Assembly: GCA_040954595.2 (NCBI GenBank)
Contig: CM082582.2
Location: forward strand, 5,192,303-5,256,302
Source: Balanoglossus misakiensis
Lineage: Eukaryota > Animalia > Hemichordata
Reading direction: 5' to 3'
Length of the DNA stretch: 64,000 nt
The notes below the pieces were generated by a model that ran no database searches, had not been told where the DNA came from, and was given only the letters and a program-made list of their open reading frames with translations. This document shows, in pieces, positions 13,781 through 26,594 of the stretch. A program made the position numbers and the translations under genes. Positions within the stretch are counted from its first letter, which is position 1. Every line of letters begins with the position of its first letter.

Positions 13781-14699
13781 CTTTCTGTCCGGACAGAAAG
13801 TCATTCTTCACTCGTTATATTTTAAATTGTATGAGTTTATGAGCAGAGCTGGGGATGATGACTGTTCGATTCAGTATCAATTATCATCTACTTTTAGAAA
13901 TTATAGATGCCGTTTCAAACAAAATTTTGCCCCTACGAGAAATACTGTGGCTTTAAAGTGTTCATTTCATTGCGCGCGCAAATAATGTAACTAGTTCTAA
14001 CCTACCGCAATTACACAACTAACGATTAGAAATTTTCATTAAATCATGTTACAATTCGAAAATCAATGAAAAGAAATCAAAAACTAGTATACTACTACTG
14101 TGGCACATTCGTAGGCATGATTTACCAGTTACTTTCAGATTTTCTTTACGCTTTGCATTTTTCAACTGCTTTCGCTTTCGATTCTTTATAAATAGCCCAG
14201 AGCCCAGGTTGGTCTTTATATGTACTGTAGTATCATTCCCAGGATAGTTAACAAATGAGAATTTATGTAATTGTAATTGGTTTATTTTATCAGATGAAAA
14301 ATACATAGGAATATTAGGAGTTCAAAAATTAAAATAAAATGATATTCATCCGATATGGTCACGGAATTAGTTCGTTAGGAACTAGTCTAGTCCGTGACCA
14401 GTACAAATAGTATATTCTAATTGAAAAGGGAAAAACACGAGTGCTGAACTGAGACGTCATATACAGTAAAAGAAGTGAACAAGGAGTAAACAGTATTTGG
14501 CAAGGAAATGAATGGATACATAAATAAATTGACAAAGGTAAGTAAATAGGGTAATACGTGAAAAGGGATGTAGACTAAGTCTTTCAAAGATGAATTGTAT
14601 TAATGAAGTGATATATCAGAACCCATCCCTGAACATTTACAGTCAACGCCCTAAATGACGTCACTTTCACTTTCTTACATCGATAGTTACGAATGGCGA

Positions 14700-14963
14700 C
14701 AATCTGATTAAAATCAGATGTAGGGAACGGCGACGTGGTTTTTTTATGCTGTCGCCTCACACTACATCTGACCAACTCTCAATGGAGATCCCGCTGAACT
14801 CTCGCGTTCCGACCCGGCCAATCAGATTGCGTGTTATGCCGACTAAAGAATTGCACTGGGAGATGGGAGAAATGTTGTTGTTGACTTCGAGTATCGCACA
14901 GTGTGAGGCGACAGCATAAAAAAAACACGTCGCCGTTCCCTACATCTGATTTTAATCAGATTG
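14700..14963. mobile_element. MITE with ~64-bp TIRs and 9-bp TSD (Mutator-like)
   Basis: CAATCTGATTAAAATCAGATGTAGGGAACGGCGACGTG...GTCGCCTCACACT is inverted at 14900-14963; GAATGGCGA is duplicated at 14691-14699 and 14964-14972. Confidence 0.85.
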
Positions 14964-16005
14964 GAATGGCGATACCGGTGACTTCCAATTACTCGACGTG
15001 GCGTGAACGAGTAACCTAAGGGGTCTTTGTTAAGAGACCTGAACGACAAACGCACGTAAAAGCGTTTGACCTCGCCCATCCCTCTCCCATTAAACTAAGG
15101 TTTAGAATGGCAAAAAATGCAACAAATATTCAAAAGTTGTGATGTTACTGACCATAAATACTGTAGAAGAATTGCGTTCTTCCAGAGATGTCCGTGTCAT
15201 GCTTTCATTATGGGTCAGAGCACGTGAAAACGTTGCACCAAAACGGACCAATCTCTCCTCCTCAACAAAAGAATTTCGTTTACCATGCGTCTGTTTTTTT
15301 AATGCATGGCCCCTCGCTAGGATGTGACAAGTGCCAAATTTATGATGAGAAGGGAACGCCTTCTATGGATCACAGAACAGCTAGTTTTCGAGTTGGAATA
15401 GAGCTGGGTCAACAATTTGAATATAGTTATAGTACCAAGGAATGATTTCAACTTGATTACTTTATATAGATCTGACGATCTGTCACAATTTTCTGTTTAT
15501 AGTCAAGTAGTGACACGTTCCGTGAAAAACCCTAAAGAGGTCTGCGCGTCCACTTCTGCCCTTATCTAGGGGGTGTTTCCCTTTTGGGTCACCATGGGCC
15601 GTGACGAGCACCATAATTCTTTCTGTGCGAATATTTGTATGGCCTGCCGCTAAAGGTCAAGCTGACACTCGCTATTCAGCGACAGTTTGCTGTGTCATTT
15701 GATATTTATTGCGGTGAAAGAAACATGGAATTTCATCAACGACAAAGGATCATGAATTATTATTCCTCAAATGTGATTCTTGTAAATAAAAATACATGCA
15801 ATCATTTAGGTGTTATCATGGTATTCGTTGCAGTTCTAAACTTGTCAAAGAACACTACGCAAAGGGCTTGTTTTAGATGTACTTTGTATTATCACATACA
15901 TAGCTCCGCATATTACCATGATATGACGTCAGAAGTAGGGTACTACGGACCAAGCGTTTAATATTGATTACACCACATTTCAATATCTCAACAGGACAAT
16001 AAAAT

Positions 16006-19000
16006 ATGGATGACACGGAAAGTAAAGGCTATTCTTCATCTATGTACAAATCGTCGCCGGATGCTGATGTTGAAAAAGGAAGATCAGTCAACATAGGGAA
16101 ATTCATATCAGCGCCAGTGCTTATTTCCTCATCATTCCGAATGGAGAGCGCTCCGGGACTTTTATCTTTGAAGAAAGGAAAACCACCAGGTAATTTTAGA
16201 TACTGTGGGATATTGGCTTGATGTCCTTTGGCATGGTAGGGCTGTTGCTGACCAGTTTTGCCAATTTTAAGAGAAGAAAACCAAGGAAATCTTCATGTGA
16301 ATTCTGTGAAACATCAGATCATACTCAGCTGCTTTTTTCTTGAAGTAATGAACTACTCGTTGAAAGAGTTGATCGTAAACAGACGAAATTAAGCATTCAA
16401 AATTGAAAACGAAAAGTACACCACCTATATACACCATCATACATGTACATGTACAAATCCACATCTAATAAGTTAGTTCGAACATGCCATCTGTAAATTT
16501 CTATTTATGAGCGAGTTTCTGGTTTTCTTTTCTCGCAAGTGCCCGAAAAACCCGTCCGTCTGAAAAACCTTTCTCTGGCACACCAATCAAAACGATCATT
16601 AAGACCAAACACGCGACGAAAGACAGAGCGAGAAGATTGGACTATCACCATGTTCCCAGGAAAGGAAGAAGACGAAGAAAATCAAGCGAGAAATATCTTC
16701 CGTGCGCCAAAAGGAAGTTCGCACAATAGTTCTGGATCTGAAATGGACTCTAGTATAAAGTAAACACTTATTAAAGTCTCGGTTTTCGTGCCTTTCTAGT
16801 CACTACTTCCTTAGTTTGGTATTTGGCAAACATCATATCAGCTTTATACAGGTTATATGTAGGTTTTATTTCGGCTTTATTAGGGATGATCTACATGTAA
16901 ATTAGAGTGTACGGTATGTGTGATATGGTTCTCGGCAACATTTGTAGGAGTGGTTTCATTTTCGAAACTTCCTAGGTGGATGGTTGTCATTAAATTGTGA
17001 CATGTATACCCTGTAACTACCCTACTGACAAGTTCTGTTAATTACAGTACAACAGGAACGTTCATGGGAGATGGATTATTCTGTGACAGCGCGACAGGAA
17101 ACTCAGCAGAACAATCTGAAAGTGATTCTAAGACAGAGCTTGAGCGCATGAAAGATGAGGCGATCTATGAAAACGTGTCAGTCAACCCAGGAGAGAGCTC
17201 AGAAATCGAATCAAAGTCAGACGCCGTGGCCGACAAAAACGATTTCATCGATGACGATGTAATCTATGACGAAGTGTTCGATATCGACTCGGATCAGGTG
17301 ACAAGCACACTTACAACAATGGCTTATGAGAATGGTGACTCAACTGACGACGAACCCATCGGTGGCCCTGAAGATTTTCCAGACGAATCTGGCAGTTCAG
17401 AAGATGAAAAGCCACGAACTCCAAAACCTCGCTACAATGTCCAACCCATCGTGGTAAGTGGCAGATATAACACATACCTTCTCAGACAATATCCTCTGGT
17501 CTTCTTGACTCAAGCCCTAGATTCTGTCCTCCTGTTCTAGGGCCTCTCTCAAGCCTGTGTTTTTGAGGGTGTCGTATTTTAATGTAGTCGGAAAGTTCTA
17601 TTTTCATTCAACCAGGGACATTACCTTTTTCAATCATCTATTTAACACCAATATAACAACAACACATACATGGGCTATGTAGTATGACTGTACATTTAAT
17701 CGTTGAAAATGAATTAAAGTCCGGACTTGAATTTCTTCTGATTTTATACATATGGGTTGTGTAAATAAGCTCAATAATGGACTAACTGCTGATAAGAAGA
17801 ACAAAGATACTAAATAAATAACAATAAAGTTACTTCTAGTGGAGCTTTAACATCAGTCTGTGATGAACATTTATAGTTACCAATTGACGTGGACGACGAC
17901 GTGCCTGTCTTTGATGATAAACCTCGCAATGTTGCATACGAACTGTTGACAACAGAGAAGAAATATGTGAACAGGCTCTTTTTAATTGACCAGGTAAAGT
18001 TCTTCATTCACACCTGTTTTTTAGTAGAAATTAAATTTCCAAAGCAGTGGGTCGTGAAACCGTGGTTATGCTCAAATAGAAAAAGTACTGGAATGACTTT
18101 CACAGACTGTTTTGCATTCTCGCCCCACCAGACTACGGATTTCTTTCGTTTCACTATCGAGCGCTGCCGTAAAAGGGCCGTGGTTTGCGACGATGACTGT
18201 TTTGTTGAAAACGCATTGCAATTTCAGTCATAATGTTAAAATGTTGTCTCAACCCCAGGTGTTTCAATGCCGTCTCGGGTCTGAAAACCGAACCCACAAC
18301 TGGTTCAATCCTGACGTGTGCAAGGAAATCTTTGCGAACATCAACGCCATCTACCAATTGCATAGAGACAAATTGCTGCCCAGATTGGAGAAGAGACTGG
18401 TCGACTGGTGAGTTGTGAGTAATGTCTGATAGCCACATGTTGCATCTTAATTGTGTCAGCAGTATAAATGTCGACAAATGACAAGGAGTGATGGCATTGG
18501 GATTTACATGGTCAATGTCAGAGTGTGTTTCATGCCAATACTGCATTTTTTCCCCCATATCATTTCACAGGGAACATAATCCAAAAATAGGTGATGTGAT
18601 GAAGATGCATGCACCGTTCTTTAGAATGTACTCAGATTACGTCAGGAACGTCAGCCACGGGGTCGAGCTGCTGAGCTCATGGATGGTGAAACAGCCAGAC
18701 TTCTCTGATTTTGTGAAAGCTATAGAGGTATTTCCCCTTCCTTCCTGTGCTGCGTTCATCGTTTGTTTTGGATTTCCAAACAGTTTCTCTGGGACATAAC
18801 ATCTGCGATATTTATCCAGACATGTCCAATAGAAGGGACAGTGGTCACAAATCTGGGGCAAACAGATAGTCACTATACATGCATAACATATTGTATAGTA
18901 AAGCTCCACAAATTCCGACACCGAAGCAACTTACAGTACTCTTCAACAGAAGAATGTATACAGAACACATTGACCTTGCAAGAGTAATCTTACTAAGATG

Positions 19001-22000
19001 AATATTTCTAATGTTGTTATCAACAGGCAGATGGCGCTTGTGGTAAGCTACTTCTCACACAACACATGATGGAACCAATGCAAAGGATCCCTAGATACGA
19101 GCTGCTACTGAAAGGTGTGGTATGGTAACTCTACTCCATAACAAGTATTTCCTAACTAATAAACTGAATGGACGTCGTGCACAACAACCGCAAACAACTC
19201 TACTCAGCTGGGTTACGTTCAATTGTAACCACAAAGAGCCGTTCGTCTTGCCTGTACAAAACCAAATATTGCAAAATATTGTGACATATAAAAAAAGACT
19301 GTATATAAACTCGAGGACAAAATAGTGCAAATTAACATTGATTTTAATATGAATATTTTCTTCAGAGTATCTGAAGTGTCTACCAGCAGATGCTGAGGAT
19401 AGAGAAGATGCAGAACGTAAGTGGAATGCTCGCTGCATTCAGTGATCACCGATACTTTGCTGAAGTGTATTGTAAAAAAAAAAAATACAACTACACACTC
19501 TGCTGTACAAATAAACACAACTTACATGTAAAGTTCACCAGGTCTGCACCAGGTGTGGTGCATGTCCGGTGCATGTCTGACCAACAGGTCATGTGCAGCA
19601 ATATGGCCCCAGACCAGCAGCAGTCAGCTGGATCAGACATGCACCAGGTCTGTCCTGACAGACCTGCCACAGGTCTGTCCTGTCAGACCTGCACCAGGCC
19701 TGTCAGAACAGACCTGCACCAGGCCTGTCCCGTCAGACCTGCAGCAGGCCTGTCAGAACAGACCTGCACCAGGCCTGTCAGAACAGACCTGCACCAGGCC
19801 TGTCAGAACAGACCTGCACCAGGCCTGTCCCGTCAGACCTGCACCAGGCCTGTCAGAACAGACCTGCACCAGGCCTGTCCCGTCAGACCTGCAGCAGGCC
19901 TGTCAAAACAGACCTGCACCAGGCCTGTCAGAACAGACCTGCACCAGGCCTGTCCCGTCAGACCTGCAGCAGGCCTGTCAGAACAGACCTGCACCAGGCC
20001 TGTCAGAACAGACCTGCACCAGGCCTGTCCCGTCAGACCTGCAGCAGGCCTGTCAGAACAGACCTGCACCAGGCCTGTCAGAACAGACCTGCACCAGGCC
20101 TGTCCCGTCAGACCTGCAGCAGGCCTGTCAGAACAGACCTGCACCAGGCCTGTCAGAACAGACCTGCACCAGGCCTGTCCCGTCAGACCTGCAGCAGGCC
20201 TGTCAAAACAGACCTGCACCAGGCCTGTCAGAACAGACCTGCACCAGGCCTGTCCCGTCAGACCTGCAGCAGGCCTGTCAGAACAGACCTGCACCAGGCC
20301 TGTCAGAACAGACCTGCACCAGGCCTGTCCCGTCAGACCTGCAGCAGGCCTGTCAGAACAGACCTGCACCAGGCCTGTCCCGTCAGACCTGCACCAGGCC
20401 TGTCCCGTCAGACCTGCAGCAGGCCTGTCAGAACAGACCTGCACCAGGCCTGTCAGAACAGACCTGCACCAGGCCTGTCAGAACAGACCTGCACCAGGCC
20501 TGTCCCGTCAGACCTGCAGCAGGCCTGTCAGAACAGACCTGCACCAGGCCTGTCACGTCAGACCTGCACCAGGCCTGTCAGAACAGACCTGCACCAGGCC
20601 TGTCAGAACAGACCTGCACCAGGCCTGTCCCGTCAGACCTGCAGCAGGCCTGTCAGAACAGACCTGCAGCAGGCCTGTCAGAACAGACCTGTGGCAGGTC
20701 TGACAGATCAGGTCTGGTGCATGGCTTGCTGTGGCAGACATGCAGCATACCTGACAGGGCAGGTATGCTGCATGCATGTGACAGATCCGGTGCAGACAAA
20801 TCCTGGTGCAGGTCTGTCAATCTTTAGCTGTGTAGATAAGAATGTAACTATGGTGAAAACGTCAAGAAACATGTCATATAATATCTTACTTTAATGGACT
20901 AAGGTCGTTTTGGAAATGTTAGATTGGAGATGTCCAGAGTAGTTTCGTCTGCTGTGGTTCAAAAAGGCGCTGAGGTTTTACTGTGTAAGTGGCCACCAGT
21001 CTACCATCCTCAAAAATTGCTTATTTTCTTGAGTCATCTGTTAGTATCAGATACGAGTCCATTCTGTTGGCCAAGCACGATGTTACGGCATGCTGGCCGT
21101 TCAGTTCCGAAACAGGGCAGTGGGCAAATAGACTTACTGAATGGCTCGCTTTGGTGAACCAACCAGCGCAGCACGCAACAAAGACGGTCAACAATAGGCA
21201 CACCACACGTTATTCCCTTGCTTATGGAAAAGTTTAATTACTACAACTAAACATTGGTAAATATAAAATGGTTGTTCACTGGGAAAAAACACACAAAATA
21301 AGTGACTACCTTAAATGTGACCAGGTATGGGAAATGAAAGACTAAAGTCCAAGGTTCTGTAGCGCACGACGAACGCGACCAGCGCCACGGCAGTCCCAAC
21401 AGTGACGTTCAGTCCGAGTAGCGTTCTGGCACAATTCCCTGGTAGACGGCACGGCTTTCAGACGAATTCCTCATGAGGTTGCACGGCTTCTGGGCGCGGT
21501 TTCCAGACCAGGGCAGCATGAAACAACACGGCTTCTGGGCGCGGTTTCCAGACCAGTGCAGCATGAAACAAGACACAGCTTCCAAGCCGGCGAGGAACGG
21601 AACAGCTCACACGGGCAAGTCCAAATTAGCAGCCACGCCGCAACACAACGTGCGGGCTTTTTATATGGGGAAAATAATGAATGCACCACACCTGGTCACG
21701 CAAATATTCAAATTACGAAAGTGAGCGAAAACACACCTGGTCACAAAACAATAGAAAACTTCTCCTACGTAACAACGACTACATAATCTCAATCATTTTC
21801 TTGGCAGATTCACTGGGTCTCATTTGTTCGGTTAGTCTTGGTTCTCAGAAAACTATGGAGAAGATGGTGAGTAACACATGAATTAGTTTACTCGTTTTTC
21901 ATATGTACAGTACAGACACGTCACAGAACTTTAAGCCACACCGGCAAATCCATTGCTTTCCATGACTGGAGACATTCGCCCGAGCATCATGTGTCATTAA

Positions 22001-22438
22001 TTTTATTACACCGAATATTTGATACGCACAGCAGAGAAGACTGTAGCTGTATATAGGTCTACTTCGAAATGATTTAACCGACAGTTTTTCCTTTTCGTTT
22101 TAAAATCTTGAATACTGCTAAAGAATATGTCTTTATTCCTAAGCTATATGTATAGAATGGAGAGTCAATGTAATAATCTACTAATCTCTGTATCACATGA
22201 TGGCAGTAACAGCCACAAAACAATAGAATACATTTTATATAATTTGATGGAACACATTACGTATTTTTATTCAAGGAAAAGTTCAATAGTTTACTAGAGT
22301 TGCAGTCTACCATTGAAGGGTTTGAAGAAATCATTGTTCCGGGGAGAGAATTGCTGAAAGAGGGCCACATCACCAAGCGAACAGCAAAGAGGGGAACAAT
22401 GCAAACTAGGTACCTCTTCCTGGTGAGTAATCTGAGTG

Positions 22439-22480
<42 letters not shown>

Positions 22481-22481
22481 C

Positions 22482-22519
<38 letters not shown>

Positions 22520-22540
22520 CGACGATGACGACGATGATGT

Positions 22541-22580
<40 letters not shown>

Positions 22581-22625
22581 AATGATGATGACGACGATGA
22601 TGTTGATGATGATGATGATGACGAC

Positions 22626-22658
<33 letters not shown>

Positions 22659-22659
22659 A

Positions 22660-22708
<49 letters not shown>

Positions 22709-25452
22709 CTGCATGATGATGATGATGATGATGATTTTTGTTATGATGATTTTTGTTATGATGTATTTGGGATTTGCTTTCAGTTCAGCGATATTCTTCT
22801 GTGCTGCAGCATTCGCAAGAAATTCGTCTCTGCTACACGATACAGAGTTAAGAACAAACTTGACGTGAAAAGCATGCATGTATGTATAGATTTAATTCTT
22901 TGTCGTTTGGAAACAATTATTCATCTTGAAAACTTCGTAGCATTACTGTGTCCGCCCATGTGTGTTTATTTTCACATTCTTATTGACTAATTGCTATATT
23001 AATTAGGCACTCTTCCTCATGCTCAAAAGATGTGACAGCCACAAAACAAGTAAATACATTTTATATAATTTGATGGAAAACTAATAATTCATTACTCTCT
23101 ATATTTAGCAAAACGAATTCCTTTATAATCTAGCTGTAATAATAATGTCAAGCACATGCATGCAGGAATTTGTTTTTCGAGTCATCGAAATATTTGTGAT
23201 TATCGATTCCCCAAAATGACAAAACAAAAACTTGTAGACTGGTTTTCTTCACACAGGTGGTCAATGTACGCTCTGAACCATGTCAATTCATTGTCAGTAG
23301 TAAACAGAAGGCAATAGACTTCCAGGCTGATTCCGATGATCACAAAATAGAATGGATTCAGGTATGGTTTGGTTGCATGCTACACCCGTCAATACTGAAA
23401 AAAAAGAAGAGTAAAGCGTTGTTGCATATACCTACTGAACCCAGCCGGCCATGAAGTGTTGTTCTTAAGGATTCATATTGATTTTGGAAAGCCAATATAC
23501 CTGCATAGTGTAATAGTACAGGTACCTTGTCATCATGCGGTAACTGGATGCCAAATCCACTTAGATTTAAGTCCTAATCGACTCTTCCAATTTTACGGGA
23601 CACGATCTCGGAACACACTGCACCTGTGTATACAGCATGAATTTAAAAATACATCTTACTAATTGAAAATTAATCTATTTGATCATATGATGTCAAATGA
23701 CTACAAGTGATAATTATTGTAAAGTGCATAGCGTCTCAATGTTTTTATGGCAACTCCATTTGCAGGCAATTGAGGAAACTATCAAGGAGTATCAAACAAA
23801 AACGCGACACTTCTCAGAAACAGAAGAGGTGAGGAATACGTTCATGTAGTTTGCGTAGGCTGGCCAATCGGGCAATGTACTTTCATGTGTTGCAAATGAA
23901 AGCTTCTTTTTTCATCTTACCATCTGAGGTAACTCAGCTCTGGCTTCAGATGACCGTGAATTCACTTTAGACAAAGGGTATTTTGCAAAATCCTTGTCCA
24001 TATAGCACGGTCTAAATTCAGTATTCCATAGCCATTTATATGTAGCCACAGTGCATTCGCAATGTTTACAAATGAAGTAGACTTTAGACCTATCACTGAC
24101 GCTCGTGAAATGCTTACATGTACCTATTTCAGACAAAGAACGTGATTGGCACGAGGGCGCCAAAATGGGTCCGAGATCAATGCGCCCCATCTTGTCAGCG
24201 ATGTGACGAAGAGTTTCACCGTCTGAAAAGAAGGCGCCATCATTGTAGAGCTTGTGGTCTGGTGAGAAAACGCTCAGCTTGTTGCTTATTGCCGAAGCAT
24301 GCGTGTAGTGTATATGAAGGCCTATAGTTCTCGTGGTTGAGAAATGAAACGATGTCTGCTTGTAGACTTAGTACCAGGAGACTGTCGGTGAAAATGATGT
24401 GAACACCAAAGCACGGTCACTCAGAGCCAATATGGAACACCCCATAAAACTCAAGAGCCGTTCACATCACATATTAACCCGACAGTTTCGATCATTTACA
24501 TTCACTTTTCGGACACAAGTCTGACACTAAGGTCATCCAAAACCAATTCATCTTATGAGCACACATATATATATATATATATATGTGGCATCTTCATCGT
24601 AGCTCCATTCCGATTAACAGCTGTGTTGATAGGCGCCACACCACTGGCAAGTATCTGATGATGCAGAGCTTTTGTCTTGTAGGCTGTTTGTGACAAGTGT
24701 TCACCGTATCGTTCCCGGCTTGGGTATGATGACCACAAGCGATTGCACAGAGTATGCGCAGAGTGCTTTAGACAGTTGGTGTCCTCGGAGAACACGGCTG
24801 ATGATGATAGTGGTGGTGACAAAAATAACAATCAGGTAACATAAATATATAGTAAATAATAAATATCGACATATTATTAACCAGGCGAAGTATAATAATG
24901 AGCCTCCAAACTCTATGTTCTAGTATTCCACATAGTCTTTTTTTCTAGTTTAAAGGATGTGCAAACGTATAGCCTATAACAGCGATTTAATCTTACTCTT
25001 TAAATGATTTACAATGTAGTTATTAATACTCTATGTAAAAGAACGTCTATTACTGATCACATCCTTTGGGGGCATATAGTTTAACATAAGCGAGCGAAAT
25101 GCAGCAGAATGTGAACGACAATTAAGTGTTGAATGATCGTCTATCTACAGTCTTATCAGGTGCCAACAATTTGGTCAGAAAAGGTGATAAGTGACAGCAA
25201 CCATTCTTCCATTGCTGAAATATTACCGATCACCAAAATGTGTCGTCTTTAACCTGACGAGAGTAGGTCGATCGAACTATCGGGTATATACTAGGCAAGT
25301 AGTGAACGAAGCTTTAGATTAATTAATATGTTTGTAATTGCAGGAGAATGTTGATGGCGAACGAACTTCGGTTGGAGAAACAGACGATGAGTATAATTAT
25401 GGAGTTGGTGGTGATGGTGATGTTGTCGTTGATTATAATGATAACAATAAAT

Positions 25453-25493
<41 letters not shown>

Positions 25494-26594
25494 GAAGAGG
25501 AGGAGGAGTCGGTGGACTTCTCTGGTTATTTACACCAGCTGCAATCCCCAGATGTACTCCGGTTTGGCGAGGCCCTGTGGATGAAGAGATGGATAGTGAT
25601 TGCCAACTTGGCTTTGCATTTCTACGAGGAACATCAGGTGAATAATACATGGGATTCCCCTTATCACAATGCTATGGCATACTAGATCACAGGGAATTAC
25701 AATTGTACACTACCTGAACATCAACATTTCAAATTCAGTGTGTATGATCAATGAGGTTTAAAATATCGTTATTTATTTTAAATGCTAATTTTCCCCATCT
25801 CTTCAAGTCGTAAATATATGTTGTCAGAAATCTGCAATAAATGCAGAGAACATCACGCTAAATACGAAACATAAGGTGCGTGAATGTGGCCAATAATCAA
25901 GACCGACTGAGTCAGCATGCATTCTTCGGAATGTGCAGACAAAAACCATCTTAGGAAGGTAAAATTTCACATTAAATCTGTTGCACACATTTTGATATTT
26001 TGACTCGTGTTTGCCCATTCAGGACGTGAACCCCGTCCTGTCGTTACCACTGAGTTGCTACAAAGCACGTGAAGTGACAAACGAAGAAGGGAATGAGGGA
26101 GTGTACTCTTTCGAAGTCACCTACAAGAAAACTAAATATTACCTGGCAGCTGATACGGAAGAAACCAGGGCCGAGTAAGTATTGGAAGATAATTCATATT
26201 TCATATTGGTCCGCGGTGCCTATACTAACCATTATGTGGATGACGTAGCCGTTTATATCTGGCAAACTACTCCACTGTCTGTGGCAGTTGATTTTACATG
26301 AGAACTCGGTATCATGGTGAAGTATTATGAAGCCATTGTTTCTCGTGGTAAAGTGGAATCTCTAAAGAGGGAACTGGGGGCGAAACGGTTCTACGCTGCT
26401 TTGCAATTTGTCGATCAAGTGATTTGGATAAAAGGGTCAGACAAATTAATTTCATTGTTTCCTGCCGTTGAACTTGTGAATGTTAAATATGTTAATTATT
26501 GCCACAGAAGGCAATCATTATGTTTCCTGTTTCATATATTGTTTTCAGATGGATAAAGATGATCAAGAAGCACAGAAAACCATCTGCATGTTAA
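16006..26594 (+). CDS. FYVE, RhoGEF and PH domain-containing protein (FGD family Cdc42 GEF), 18 coding exons
   Basis: Exons 16006-16189, 16540-16759, 17048-17453, 17877-17993, 18259-18407, 18571-18727, 19027-19114, 19366-19416, 21808-21866, 22276-22422, 22784-22879, 23257-23361, 23766-23828, 24133-24261, 24683-24835, 25344-25637, 26023-26174, 26549-26594, all GT-AG and in frame. DH: [35 protein letters not shown]1: RELLKEG...RYLFLFSD. FYVE: [31 protein letters not shown]2: FSGYL..W.KRW..YLAAD..W. AATAAA near 27266. The specific FGD paralogue cannot be assigned by eye. Confidence 0.93.
19636..20700. repeat. 25-bp minisatellite (~40 units) in an FGD intron
   Basis: Unit CAGACCTGCA(C/G)CAGGCCTGTC(AGAA/CCGT); variants are often arranged as a 3-unit, 75-bp higher-order repeat. 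Confidence 0.95.
21316..21745. mobile_element. Possible non-autonomous DNA element with short TIRs
   Basis: TGTGACCAGGT ... ACCTGGTCACA ends and an internal ~46-bp direct repeat (gcacggcttctgggcgcggtttccagaccag). TSD unclear. Confidence 0.4.
22440..22735. repeat. (GAT)n microsatellite in an FGD intron
   Basis: ~100 GAT/GAC triplets; source of the poly-M and poly-S pseudo-ORFs. Confidence 0.95.

Noticed and set aside
19636-20700. CRISPR-like regular repeat array
   Set aside because: Units are contiguous with no unique spacers, there are no cas genes, and the context is a eukaryotic intron.
19390-20827. 437-aa and 424-aa Cys-rich repetitive ORFs
   Set aside because: Translation of a 25-bp (non-triplet) minisatellite inside an FGD intron; open in several frames with the same permuted peptide.
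22406-22879. Poly-Ser and poly-Met ORFs
   Set aside because: Products of the intronic (GAT)n microsatellite.
25291-25650. His-rich minus-strand ORF
   Set aside because: Antisense reading of the (GAT)n-rich FGD coding exon.
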